Shown here piece after piece: positions 10,801-19,084 of a DNA stretch of 64,000 bases (within the stretch, counting starts at the first letter, position 1; each line of letters opens with the position of its first letter). The position numbers and the translations under genes were made by a program. Source of the stretch: a virus (Duplodnaviria > Caudoviricetes). A model generated the notes under the pieces. The model was not told the origin of the DNA and searched no databases. It worked only from the letters and a program-made list of their open reading frames with translations. The stretch is taken from the IMG/VR virus record IMGVR_UViG_3300020365_000001. The stretch is one strand, 5' to 3'.

Positions 10801-13064
10801 ATGGATACTGTAGGAACTTCCTCGTAGTCAAGTCCCACAGTGTCGTCATCGTCCACCAGGACCTCCTGTAAGGTGCCTTTCATCTGTGCAATGCAAGATG
10901 CACCCACTCCGGTGTGTCCTGCCTGTGCAACCGATAGACGGGGAGGATTGATGACATCATATCCATCACCACTATTCAGGACAGTGACAGATTGCAGGGA
11001 ACCATAGAAAATCTTGTCAGTTGCTTTATATGAATAGATCTCAACACCGTTGACAAACAGACCAACGCCACCTTGTACAGTTTTGACTGGACCAGTTGGA
11101 GAAAATTCTGGTTTGTTGAATTTACGCAGCAGTTTCTGAGCACCTAAGTCGGTGTTGTAGAAAATTGTAGGAGTCAGTAACCCAGACTGGGAGGTACCGA
11201 TATCTGCTGCGGTGAATACATCAATATACTGACCACTACGAACGTTCTCGGGAGTAAATGCCAGAGCAATCTGACTATCACTGATCCTCTTGACAAAGTA
11301 AGACTCACCCTCAGTAAGGTTGGTCAGTACAGTGCCAAGAACGTTCTGATAAACAACCTGATCGCCATCATAGAGGTGGTGATCGCTAATGTCGATCAGA
11401 TTAGTGGCACTGTTTGGAGTGAAGAAAGCACGATCCCTCTTGGAAGGATTGATCGCCCAGTGAGGAATGCTATTTGATGCAACAAAGACATTATCGTCTG
11501 GATCAGAATAAGTATTCTGAACGTCAGCAATAACTTGCTGGTTGAGTTTCAGATTACGACGGACTTTATAGCGTTTTTGTGGAGTGAGAGTTGAACAAGC
11601 AACTGTGATGCTATCATCAGAGATAGATGCAGTGATAGTGCCAGGAATTACGACATTATCAACATCAATGATGTCAACTGTGTCACCAGCAATAAAAACA
11701 TGATCGGTGTCAAGTTTGATATTGTAGTTGTTAGAACCGTTTGCGGTAAATTCTAGAATACCATAAGATACAGCGGTATTGTAGATCCAACTAGACCATC
11801 GACGATCATTCTGCTCTATACCCAGAGTCTTGACATTGATGTCACTGCCTTTCTGTTGATTGACTGCCTCGCCATTGAATTTGGAGAGAGACCCAACAAT
11901 CTCCAGTTCAACTGGGCGTTGCAAGTCTCCATTTTCATAAGACTTTGCATTGATTCCTTGAGTTACTGTTGACCCAATAGAAATAGCAACCGGACAAGCA
12001 ACATCAAGATCAAATTTAGTATAACTTTTGTTATTATATCTAAGGACTCTATTATCTACTTTGATATTGCCACTAGTGCTAAAACCAACGGTAGAATCGA
12101 CAAAGATGGAAGTAGCACCAAGGGGTGCTTCAATAGTTGTGAATGACTTGTTTGTTTGTTGGAACTCACCGAAAGTGGTGTTCTCAGAAATAGCAATGCT
12201 GTAATATGTTGTGAGACCAACAATAACAGACTCGACATTGTAGATCGATCCTTCAGTCTTAGTAGGAGAAGTGTCCTGCTCTAAAGATTCTCCAGCAATT
12301 TTCAGGGCATCACCACTAATACCTTTAGCAATGATGACATCATTAGTGACATAATCCGCCGAAGAAGGACGAATCATAAACTTGGCAGGTTGAATCATTT
12401 CAACCGGTTCGCCATACAAAGCACCAAACAGAATCTTGAATGCTTCTTCTGTTCCTTTGGAACGATAAAAATCTTTTGCTTGACGGATAAAGTTGGATTG
12501 ATCAACTCTACCGTGCAACGGACGCTCCGAGAAACCAGGCAGCACCTGCTTTTTCAGTTTCTTCAGGAACTGGGTCAAGAAAACATTACTAAGGTTTTCT
12601 ACCCTTGCACCAACATCATGAGTGCCTACACCACTGGTGCTGAAGGTCAGATACTCAGGTTGGTTGGTTTTGGCGTTATTTTCAATGCCACTGAATCCAC
12701 GGGTGCAACCAGTGAAAGAGTTTGTGGTGATACCAGTATAGGTAATGATCTCATTGTTGATCTTCAGCAGACCATACCTATTAGGCCAACCTTTTGTTGA
12801 CACAACTTCAATGGTTTTTTGTCCACCATCACGATAAGACGTGAGTGATGTAAAACCAATCAGGTTCTCATTGTTGAGAAAGTCGAGACCCTTGTATTCA
12901 ACTAGGTTTTCCGCAATATCAATCGATCCCCCTTGGAATTCCTGGGAGATATAATACTGCTTTAGAAACTCTCCAAAATCAGGATTCTCAGCATCTATAG
13001 ACGCAGGAATTTGACTTTGAACAACCTCGTGTATTTTTACTCGGCTAAGAGAGGTCTCTATCAT
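4824..13064 (-). CDS. gp7: Large baseplate wedge initiator gp7-like protein with internal YHYH-like domain
   Basis: 2746 aa; N-terminal FLKQYYISQE and KDFYRSKGTEEAFKILF; IQDSDYYQSFAYSLKS and HIAGFKKH motifs; lies between gp6 and gp8. Confidence 0.8.
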   Translation of the reverse strand: MIETSLSRVKIHEVVQSQIPASIDAENPDFGEFLKQYYISQEFQGGSIDIAENLVEYKGLDFLNNENLIGFTSLTSYRDGGQKTIEVVSTKGWPNRYGLLKINNEIITYTGITTNSFTGCTRGFSGIENNAKTNQPEYLTFSTSGVGTHDVGARVENLSNVFLTQFLKKLKKQVLPGFSERPLHGRVDQSNFIRQAKDFYRSKGTEEAFKILFGALYGEPVEMIQPAKFMIRPSSADYVTNDVIIAKGISGDALKIAGESLEQDTSPTKTEGSIYNVESVIVGLTTYYSIAISENTTFGEFQQTNKSFTTIEAPLGATSIFVDSTVGFSTSGNIKVDNRVLRYNNKSYTKFDLDVACPVAISIGSTVTQGINAKSYENGDLQRPVELEIVGSLSKFNGEAVNQQKGSDINVKTLGIEQNDRRWSSWIYNTAVSYGILEFTANGSNNYNIKLDTDHVFIAGDTVDIIDVDNVVIPGTITASISDDSITVACSTLTPQKRYKVRRNLKLNQQVIADVQNTYSDPDDNVFVASNSIPHWAINPSKRDRAFFTPNSATNLIDISDHHLYDGDQVVYQNVLGTVLTNLTEGESYFVKRISDSQIALAFTPENVRSGQYIDVFTAADIGTSQSGLLTPTIFYNTDLGAQKLLRKFNKPEFSPTGPVKTVQGGVGLFVNGVEIYSYKATDKIFYGSLQSVTVLNSGDGYDVINPPRLSVAQAGHTGVGASCIAQMKGTLQEVLVDDDDTVGLDYEEVPTVSILGGNHKDVVARAKMKTVPRVIDFDSTTTGGVVNTSTDTFLFAKPHGFTNGEEIIYTTNGTSNIGIGTTPGTLIDSASYFVRKIDDFSFRLSETKANSLATNVEVIIPITGSGGGIQRFTSVRRRSRIDEILIEGTGSFHNREITTIAGINTFTNSIEINNHGFNSGDVVVYSSDIANIQGLVDDSQYFVSKVSDDIFQLTTDKNNQNLIALNGPGSGTHTFKDPAIQVLVSGRQGITTSNTTATPIVRGSVQNVFVTVPGDNFGSTVINDNFRPEINTVIGKEAFLQPFIVNGRVDQIIIKSGGKDFFSTPDIVITGDGVGAKAKAVVSNGQIVAIEMIEKGGNYTQSQTTVAAKTPGGHAIYSANLNEWTINQVNRYARFGDVSTDDGYYEVAKDSNLGNPYVNYYAPRNLRDYLQDSGGDHSPILGWAYDGNPIYGPVGFKNPNGSGLLGYMQSSYVKLSGQRTNGPSIVNYPAGFFVEDYTYRPGFGDLDEHNGRFTVTPDYPNGVYAYFTTVTSNQISNSGSPFNNGREPIFPYVVGDSYRSQPEVLNLGFGFDQQHDPLKYNLVRNTRNYNINSYDFVSNSQKNTFVQSRIVSTNTGGITSLDIIDGGNEYGVGDNVVFDNSETNGFGAIAHVSKISGPIISSFTSTVNSFPDTTFVYTGGSVTGITTVPHNLVTGTSLRVDDVSSTLHDELEGRHTVTVSSVKSGLSTTINALGINGGITTSVKISDDPSKFEIDDIIRINSEQFRIYRIDTARNELDLLRAQNGTAGVAHTNGSRIDRLERKFTFGLPSCDSTPLDERVYFDATSQLGIGASIGQGETHTITNQRILGTGGTRDIPKGTIFLPNHPFKNGEKITYNYDDGTAIQYLTAGVGTASGWSAPLPETLFVQVVDNSTVGVVTMQNQINSPNSRALFYSNIGVGNTHSFKTVRGEITATIQITDVTATTKNPHTLRPGDEIDMNIVSMGTSSIALTYNPGNRFVSIGNSANPKVTVVDGDLLEFDMSDSSLSNTKLGFYLDSTYQKSFVGSGKSTIEVSYSGAPGSSGSKASVHFTPEVPRTLFYKLESLDTSKIIEVDDSIDDYGKIVVTQSDFTTKASISSVTSDTFKFNIFENPERVGYTSVTADINYTTTSLTEKGPIADLLLVSKGTRYRDLPQVTVGSTTGTSALLRASGSNVGKLDTVEIIQSGYDYPSDKTLRPEAEMPQVLFLKDNFTVSNVAITSTGKKYLTGPDLVIYNTKKNEVNAGTEFKVELLGSSVSNVRIVQGGNNLSSGDNKLVAINNSNGVGIVTVTYSAPNVTLTLKTPETGFDATNMPFAVGDKVFVENVGVTSGHGYNSSTFGFDTFTLTAVNPAVGLINKATITYEVPVDPGVYDLGTFGTVSNDKDIAKFDVTLDEGRFFKGERIINMRNSETSRIVSGEGKVRNVIRVNNVDEFQVGDSITAELSGSGGTIERIETFKGNFDVGVVFKKRFGWENDVGQLSNFYQRIQDSDYYQSFAYSLKSNVGIASWSEPVDALAHIAGFKKHSDMLIPSQPTGVGKTSTTGVGVGTISKSVVLIDSEDSLSNIHNFDLVYEEPNATNTVSDKIIFNAQRFGSSLICKSNRVLEIDDISPQFYDDPNLIRTVAIDSFDTSSANSPVCVKYYAQVVLDSSLGISYNATQYCEFAVFTDGTDAYINQYSDLSDAFDLGEFVVQQNGNVVEVSFEPYNNTFTYDITFYKEAVLKSLGVGSTSYSNIEKIGIASAFSATGSPATHTIQDIDASDFKSGTILVVHSSNTETDLEEYNFLADGTGGVLFSDYGNMNSGSTLGDFDVVQNSGVLKLQYTPAANQAVTIRTLTTSVGVATTAGLNVSEIPKIEVGDAELNATRTEIAATGSPSAVIVSSKDYTNYTSVKYLIQVHNTTDDEYSVFNVSANAFAGYSNYNVYNNLSNATQQKRDIRAIDINISGNNMRLRFTPLANKDYVVRVSEIRIDKPDNVANDTTITL

Positions 13065-13081
13065 TTATTCCGATACTATTT

Positions 13082-14992
13082 CTAGTTAGATGCACCAGTG
13101 CTAGTTATAACAGTTCCACGGACCTTCTTGTCAGCAAAGTAACTGGACTGTGGGACGAATTGTGATCCAGAAGTATTGGCACCGGTTGCAATACTATCCT
13201 TCCTCATGTAGAAGTTGCTCTTAGAGACATCAAACTGCAAGTACAGTTCGTTCTTTGCAAGAACATCGTTCGATTGAGGAATTGCCTCAACCTCAATAAT
13301 ATTGTCGCCCACAAGAGTGGATGTGATGTTGATGGTATCAAGAACAATCTCACCTTTAGCATAATCAATTCGACCAAGGTTCTTGGTGATAACTTTGACG
13401 CTATCATCCTGAAGAATCTGGAACATAAAGATCGTACCCTTATCTTCACTCACCTTTTGGTCACTGAAGTAACAAGTTCCAACAACACCAGACGCAGTAA
13501 ATCCGGTAGACCGGATGTTATACTGCTCATCAGGTGCATACATGGTATTGAGGAAACAAATCTCATACTGGGCAAACTGATTGACTTTGGCAATCAAATC
13601 CCTTCTCATTCTCACTAGGGTGATATTTGAAGTGATAGAAGTATCAACATTGTCAATCGTAGATAGAATCTTACTGTACTTGAACCTGCCGCCGAATTTG
13701 TTGAGTTCCTTGCCAGACCCAAAAGTAGAAAGAGCTTTGATAACATTAGTCTTCAAGTTGTCAATATCTCCAACAAAGTTGGAGTTGTAGTAAACATATG
13801 AGTCAATCTCAACATACAGGAACTTGAGATCAATGAACGTAGGAACAATTCCAGCAATAGAATAACTCTTCAAGTCATTCAAAAGATTCTTCTTAGTCAA
13901 GTTTGACAGGAAAGAACCATTCTTGGGTTTGGCAGCAATGTAAACCCGACCAAACTGGGGAGGATCTAACTCCTCACCACCATAGGCACTAACAGACTCA
14001 ATGTTAGGGAAGATTGCCGGGAGGATTGCTTCATAGTCATTTGCCGTCACTGCCCTGTATTGGGACGCATAGAGGCGGGGAGCGTAATACTTGACACTCT
14101 CCAACGGTTCAATGCTATCGCCGTTCTGAGACGCTTCTAGGGCAACTAGAGCAGCACTAAACCCAGACTCAGTAGCACCATCCTGATCTTTTAGGGTGCC
14201 TGAGAAATTGAACTGCTTGACACCATTACCCACCTTACCATTGGTCTTGATGTAACCAATTTCGATGACATTACCGGATGACAACTTTTTACCAAAGATA
14301 TCATCACCAAACAAGACCTCATACTTCTCGTCAGAAGTTTCTTGGAGCAAATAAATGTTGGACGTAGAGGTGACACCAACAATAGTGTCAACTAGATTAT
14401 AATCAACGCTAGTATTGTCAGAAGCACTATTTTTGATCTTGACTTTGATCGTAGAGGTGTCAACATTGTTGTTGGGGATCACAAACCTTTGATTGGGTTG
14501 TGACTGATCTACGGTAAAAGTATTCTTGATATATTGTCCTTGATAAATCTCAATGTTTGCTCCAGCTTCACCACTGTCTGCTGGGAAAGTGATCTCCTCA
14601 GGAATGGAGAACAAGAAACTGGTATCATTAGTAGAACCATTGGCAACAATGCCAGGTTGGATACTTACAGTCTCAGTATCAGATGCTAGATTAGAAAGGT
14701 CAATGGCAACCAGAGCACGCGCTGCTCTTGCTGAACGAGGAACATATCCAATGTTTCGTGCCAGGGATACAACGTTCTCCCTCAGCGTTGCAGAGTCAAT
14801 GAAAGTCTCATTGACCGCCATGTTGGTGTTATAGGCGGTGCTATAAGCATTATACGCTAAAATATTGATTAGGATGCTGAGGTTAGACCCCTCAAAGTCC
14901 ATATCTGTGAAGTTACTGTTCTCCCTCAGATAGTCTTTGATGGACCTCTTGATGTCCTCAAAATTCAGATTGGTAAATTGGGTGAGTGCCAT
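13082..14992 (-). CDS. gp6: Baseplate wedge subunit gp6
   Basis: 636 aa; LNFEDIK, FTDMDFEGSNLS, DSATLRENVVSLARNIGY, QYRAVTANDY motifs. Confidence 0.93.
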   Translation of the reverse strand: MALTQFTNLNFEDIKRSIKDYLRENSNFTDMDFEGSNLSILINILAYNAYSTAYNTNMAVNETFIDSATLRENVVSLARNIGYVPRSARAARALVAIDLSNLASDTETVSIQPGIVANGSTNDTSFLFSIPEEITFPADSGEAGANIEIYQGQYIKNTFTVDQSQPNQRFVIPNNNVDTSTIKVKIKNSASDNTSVDYNLVDTIVGVTSTSNIYLLQETSDEKYEVLFGDDIFGKKLSSGNVIEIGYIKTNGKVGNGVKQFNFSGTLKDQDGATESGFSAALVALEASQNGDSIEPLESVKYYAPRLYASQYRAVTANDYEAILPAIFPNIESVSAYGGEELDPPQFGRVYIAAKPKNGSFLSNLTKKNLLNDLKSYSIAGIVPTFIDLKFLYVEIDSYVYYNSNFVGDIDNLKTNVIKALSTFGSGKELNKFGGRFKYSKILSTIDNVDTSITSNITLVRMRRDLIAKVNQFAQYEICFLNTMYAPDEQYNIRSTGFTASGVVGTCYFSDQKVSEDKGTIFMFQILQDDSVKVITKNLGRIDYAKGEIVLDTINITSTLVGDNIIEVEAIPQSNDVLAKNELYLQFDVSKSNFYMRKDSIATGANTSGSQFVPQSSYFADKKVRGTVITSTGASN

Positions 14993-15396
14993 TATAGCCT
15001 AGTAGGTTCAAGTACGAATGATACCGACTGAGCAGGTCTAGTCAGTCCCACAATGTCGTAACTAATAGTCACCGCAAGTGCATTATCATCGGGTCTGCTA
15101 ATAACCTGGATGTCTGTCAGGTCAACCCTTGGTTCAAAGTTGGTTATTGTAGTCTCAATCTCTCCTCGAATGGGATCAATGTAATCATCGTTCGCTAACT
15201 CAAATAACGAAGCGGTAATTCTTGTTCCCAGAAGTGTATTGAAAAATACTTCGCCTAATCGGATACGGACCAAGTTTTGAACGGAACGCTTGATAGCATC
15301 TTCGTTCTTCAGAGGAATTATGTCTTTAGTAACTGGATGAGTTTTCATGGATAAGGAAATATCCTTGAAACCCTCCGACGTTCTCTGAATCGGCAC
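14992..15396 (-). CDS. gp25: Baseplate wedge subunit gp25
   Basis: 134 aa, GTG start; KNEDAIKRSVQNL, GEVFFN, NFEPRV motifs. Confidence 0.92.
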   Translation of the reverse strand: MPIQRTSEGFKDISLSMKTHPVTKDIIPLKNEDAIKRSVQNLVRIRLGEVFFNTLLGTRITASLFELANDDYIDPIRGEIETTITNFEPRVDLTDIQVISRPDDNALAVTISYDIVGLTRPAQSVSFVLEPTRL

Positions 15397-15416
15397 TGTG
15401 ACCCTAATATCTCGTA

Positions 15417-15430
15417 TATTTATCTATTTA
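15417..15430 (-). promoter_or_regulatory. Tandem late promoter boxes (TAAATA x2)
   Basis: Plus-strand tatttat 15417-15423 and tattta 15425-15430, upstream of gp25. Confidence 0.65.
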
Positions 15431-15437
15431 GAGGCAC

Positions 15438-15464
15438 AAAAAAGGAGGTCCTTTCAGACCCCCT
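15438..15464 (-). terminator. Rho-independent terminator
   Basis: Minus strand AGGGGGUC-UGAAAG-GACCUCCU followed by a U run. Confidence 0.75.
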
Positions 15465-15618
15465 CATGTCCTAAGTAACAAATCTCTACATCATCTGGGT
15501 GTGGATATCCATTTGCATAGTATTCGTCAGCAAGATCTTGAGAATATTCTTCCATTTCCGCTTCTGTGATGGAAGCGTAAACTTTCTTCCCACAAACCCA
15601 AATATCATATAGATCCAT
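15454..15618 (-). CDS. Small hypothetical protein (54 aa)
   Basis: MDLYDIWVCGKKVY...YYANGYPHPDDV; start moved to the ATG at 15618. Confidence 0.7.
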   Translation of the reverse strand: MDLYDIWVCGKKVYASITEAEMEEYSQDLADEYYANGYPHPDDVEICYLGHEGV

Positions 15619-15652
15619 ATATCTATGGCACAGACTCAATTATATAGGCGTA

Positions 15653-16420
15653 TCAGATAATTCGAGTTTTTTCGTGTCCAACTCGACACTTAGGATCACA
15701 CCAAATTTCAAAACCTGCCTTCTGTGCTTCAAGACAGAATGACACATCTTCGCCACACATGTCTTGCACTTCACCAGATTCAAAGACCTGCATCTGTGGA
15801 GCAAACCAAGGATACTTCATCTTCTCGTGCTCGAAGACTCCGTGCTTGATCAGCAACCAACCAAAACCGGTATAGTCCACAGTGAACGGTTTACGACGCT
15901 TCTGGATGCCATCCAGCATCTCATGGTTCATCACACCACCGTTGTTTTTGAAATCTTCTTCTTCCAACCAGTGAGCAACAGAGGTAGTCTGTCCGTCTTC
16001 AGTCACATACCAACCACCAGCAATATCTTTATCCATCCAAAGGAGACGGTAGAACTGCTCTAGACCGAAAACAATATCACTATCAATCCACAACTGATAA
16101 TCATACTTCAGGTTGCCCTGCCAAGGTTTCTGATCTGGACCTTGGAGAACATTAGCGCCCAGACATTTACATCGGGCAAAATTGACCATGGACGAATAGT
16201 CTTGGGAGATCTGCAAAGAACCTCCACGTTGCACAATCTCAAAAGCGAGTTGCACAAAATTCTTCAGGTAGATATATGAAACCGTACGACCGGGAAGACA
16301 GAAAACAAACGTTTTTCCCTTTACCAGTTCGCGGGCAGCTTCAATACTAAACTCATCAGACTTTTTTGCAGCGTCCTCGCTTTCGGGTGGAGTCGTAACC
16401 ACCTTGAATCCTTTTGCCAT
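15653..16420 (-). CDS. Glycosyltransferase (GT-A fold)-like protein
   Basis: 255 aa; YDYQLWIDSD (DxD), TGFGWLLIK, GEDVSFC, RVGHEK motifs. Confidence 0.75.
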   Translation of the reverse strand: MAKGFKVVTTPPESEDAAKKSDEFSIEAARELVKGKTFVFCLPGRTVSYIYLKNFVQLAFEIVQRGGSLQISQDYSSMVNFARCKCLGANVLQGPDQKPWQGNLKYDYQLWIDSDIVFGLEQFYRLLWMDKDIAGGWYVTEDGQTTSVAHWLEEEDFKNNGGVMNHEMLDGIQKRRKPFTVDYTGFGWLLIKHGVFEHEKMKYPWFAPQMQVFESGEVQDMCGEDVSFCLEAQKAGFEIWCDPKCRVGHEKTRII

Positions 16421-16472
16421 GAAATGAAAGGTTTGTCAATTCAATTATACCACCTTATATAGGTTAGCACAA

Positions 16473-17858
16473 TTAGAACACTTTTACGTTATACTTTGCC
16501 TGAAAATCCAGTGCATCACCCCAATCGTTGACCATGGGTTTGCCCCTTATGTTCAATGAAGTGTTGAGTAGTACAGGACAACCTGTGACACGATACCACT
16601 CCTCTAGGATAGGTCTTAGGATGCTGCTAGAGGTCTCAGGTACAGTTTGTACTCGTGCACTATTATCGACGTGTACAGCAGCAGGAATCTCCTCAGGACG
16701 CAAACAATTATAGACATATGACATATACCTAGAATGCGAATGATTCATGTCAAAATAATCCCGACAATGCTCTTCTAGGATTGCAGGAGCAAAAGGCCGG
16801 AATTCCTGGCGTTTTTTGATGCGATTTACTTTTTCCTTGTTCTCGGCTTTCCTAGGATCCGCTAGAAGTGATCTGTTGCCTAAAGCACGGGGACCATACT
16901 CTGCTCTGCCATTTGCAACACCCACAACGCCATTTTCAAGCAAACACTGAACAACATCCTTAGGATCAACCTTACGTTCAATATTATGTCCACAGTAAGG
17001 CGTCCACTGCACTTTCTTGCCAGATACCAACAATGCAGCACCTAACGCCGCTCCAGCATCTCCTGGGTTAGGCATAATCCATAGATTGCACATTTCCCGC
17101 AGTTTGGTGTTAGCAACGCAGTTTAGAGCAACCCCACCACCATAACAAACGTTATTGCTGTACTCAAGTGCTATCTTGAAGATTTTGGTCAGTTCTTCTT
17201 CCAAAACAACTTGAGCACTCTTTGCCAAGTCAAAAGTTGAGTTGGAGAAGTCAATATTGATTCCCCGGTGATTATTTTCTGTTAGGAGTTGTCTGAGTTG
17301 GTTTTCGTGCTTATTTTCACCAAATGCCGCCATACCCATAAAAATATACTCTTCATCCAAAGGACGAAGACCAGCATACTTCGTTAGAGCAGAATACCAA
17401 AGACCAATCGACTTTGGATACTTCTTAGACCAGACTTTCGTATATTTCGCTCTTCCGTCAATCATATTGGCAACCCAGACTGAACTACAGTCAAATTCGC
17501 CAATACTGTCTACAACAACACATGCTGCCTGCTCAAACACCGAAGTTTGGAATGCTGCGGCAGCATGAGACAAATGATGGGTAAAATCTACCGTAGGACG
17601 AAATCTTAGTTCCCTAGGTTTGTTCCAATGCTTCTGTCCAGCAAAAAACTGCCTCATCCGTTTAGGAAAAGGTTTTTCATAGAAAGCATAGACACCATCA
17701 TAGGTATTCAGTGCTTCCGCCATAAATGCAGCTTCATCACAAAGATATTTGTCATGTTTCTTCTTTGAGTACCTTTCGCCGTGTGTGGCAAAGATAATTC
17801 TGTCTTCATGAACTACTGCAACTGCTGAGTCATGAAAACCTTCGGAAAAACCAATCAT
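16473..17858 (-). CDS. Carbamoyltransferase, NodU/CmcH family
   Basis: 461 aa; HDSAVA, HHLSHAA, GGVALNC, GDAG, EYGPRALGNRS, RPFAP, HVDNSARVQTV, LNTSLN motifs. Confidence 0.95.
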   Translation of the reverse strand: MIGFSEGFHDSAVAVVHEDRIIFATHGERYSKKKHDKYLCDEAAFMAEALNTYDGVYAFYEKPFPKRMRQFFAGQKHWNKPRELRFRPTVDFTHHLSHAAAAFQTSVFEQAACVVVDSIGEFDCSSVWVANMIDGRAKYTKVWSKKYPKSIGLWYSALTKYAGLRPLDEEYIFMGMAAFGENKHENQLRQLLTENNHRGINIDFSNSTFDLAKSAQVVLEEELTKIFKIALEYSNNVCYGGGVALNCVANTKLREMCNLWIMPNPGDAGAALGAALLVSGKKVQWTPYCGHNIERKVDPKDVVQCLLENGVVGVANGRAEYGPRALGNRSLLADPRKAENKEKVNRIKKRQEFRPFAPAILEEHCRDYFDMNHSHSRYMSYVYNCLRPEEIPAAVHVDNSARVQTVPETSSSILRPILEEWYRVTGCPVLLNTSLNIRGKPMVNDWGDALDFQAKYNVKVF

Positions 17859-17974
17859 TCTTCAGGATTTGGTTCCTCATCCATATCATCGTCATCTTCG
17901 TAAATGAATGGGTCCATTCGACGAATCTGACGTAACCGCCACTGTAGTATCAACCAAGAGAACGGATTGAACAT
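17855..17974 (-). CDS. 39-aa DPFIYE micro-protein
   Basis: Not in track; MFNPFSWLILQWRLRQIRRMDPFIYEDDDDMDEEPNPEE; ATGA overlap with the carbamoyltransferase start. Confidence 0.7.
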   Translation of the reverse strand: MFNPFSWLILQWRLRQIRRMDPFIYEDDDDMDEEPNPEE

Positions 17975-18001
17975 ATGAATGAGTAGTGCGTTCTATGTAT
18001 A

Positions 18002-18895
18002 TTACTTTATTTCCCATCTTTCGGGGAGATAACCGAAATACATTCTAAAATTGTCATATATTGGTTTACACATTTGTTTTGCATACTCCATAGTTTCTTT
18101 TGGCATATGCATCACGTCAGATTCCCACTGATCGTTCAAATACTGTATATGGGGTGCTGCTGGACCCAAATCCGGCACATATGCGTTTTTGTGGACTTCT
18201 TTGATTTCATATCCGATAAAATCCGACAATGGTTTGGTTTCTCCATTCCAGAAATCCTCCATAATCGTAATATGACAATTTTCCGACCCAAACGCCATTG
18301 CCCACTTCAAAAACATTTCTGCATACCCAAAATCGACGCCAGATTTCATAAAATGGCGAACTGGGTCATTAGGATTTTGTTTTTGACGCACAGACCACAA
18401 TCTGCGAATTGGATCTCGGAAAACGATGCTAATTTTTACATCAAAGTGTTTTTTTAGGTCAGGAGCAATCGACATGATGAAATTTTCATCACAATACCCG
18501 TTTGGGTTGCTAAAATCTGCTACTGCCTTATAATCGTCTTTGATATTGTCCCAATGCCGTTCGTAGTACTCAATATACTTTTGTAGAGTAAACGGAGGAG
18601 ACCAAAAATACTTTATTTCCTCCTCAGTCCACTTTCCTGCAACATAAGGAGACTCATGAGTAAATATCTTTGGTTTTCTCGTTGACGTTGATTGTTTTGA
18701 CGGTCCAAAAAACTCTTTGTAAAATCTGACACGCTCAAAGGTCTTTTTTTCTGCCGCCAGGTTCATCAACCACAAATATCCCTTCTCTTTCCGATGCCCA
18801 GCATGGCAATACTTGTTATACCAACCTAAAGTGTAATATAATGGAGTTGTACCAGACCATCCGGTGCCAACATTCAAAAATAAGGTGGGTTTCAT
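18002..18895 (-). CDS. Sulfotransferase-family protein
   Basis: 297 aa; N-terminal GTGWSGTT loop, KE motif, RDPIRRLWS 3'-phosphate-binding motif. Confidence 0.75.
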   Translation of the reverse strand: MKPTLFLNVGTGWSGTTPLYYTLGWYNKYCHAGHRKEKGYLWLMNLAAEKKTFERVRFYKEFFGPSKQSTSTRKPKIFTHESPYVAGKWTEEEIKYFWSPPFTLQKYIEYYERHWDNIKDDYKAVADFSNPNGYCDENFIMSIAPDLKKHFDVKISIVFRDPIRRLWSVRQKQNPNDPVRHFMKSGVDFGYAEMFLKWAMAFGSENCHITIMEDFWNGETKPLSDFIGYEIKEVHKNAYVPDLGPAAPHIQYLNDQWESDVMHMPKETMEYAKQMCKPIYDNFRMYFGYLPERWEIK

Positions 18896-19050
18896 GATTT
18901 GGACAATTCAACTCTAATTTGTTCGACGGTATAGTCGGTTTTTATACCCGCCATGATCATTCTTTGCATTGTGATCTGAATATCTTCTGCTTGCTCTTTA
19001 GTCAACTCTGTAAAAATAATTTTTTTGTCTAGATAGACATCATAAGGCAT
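18892..19050 (-). CDS. Hypothetical protein (52 aa)
   Basis: MPYDVYLDKKIIF...; GGAGG upstream; ATGA overlap with the next gene. Confidence 0.7.
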   Translation of the reverse strand: MPYDVYLDKKIIFTELTKEQAEDIQITMQRMIMAGIKTDYTVEQIRVELSKS

Positions 19051-19084
19051 AAGTGACCTCCAATTTTGTACAATATATAGGTTT

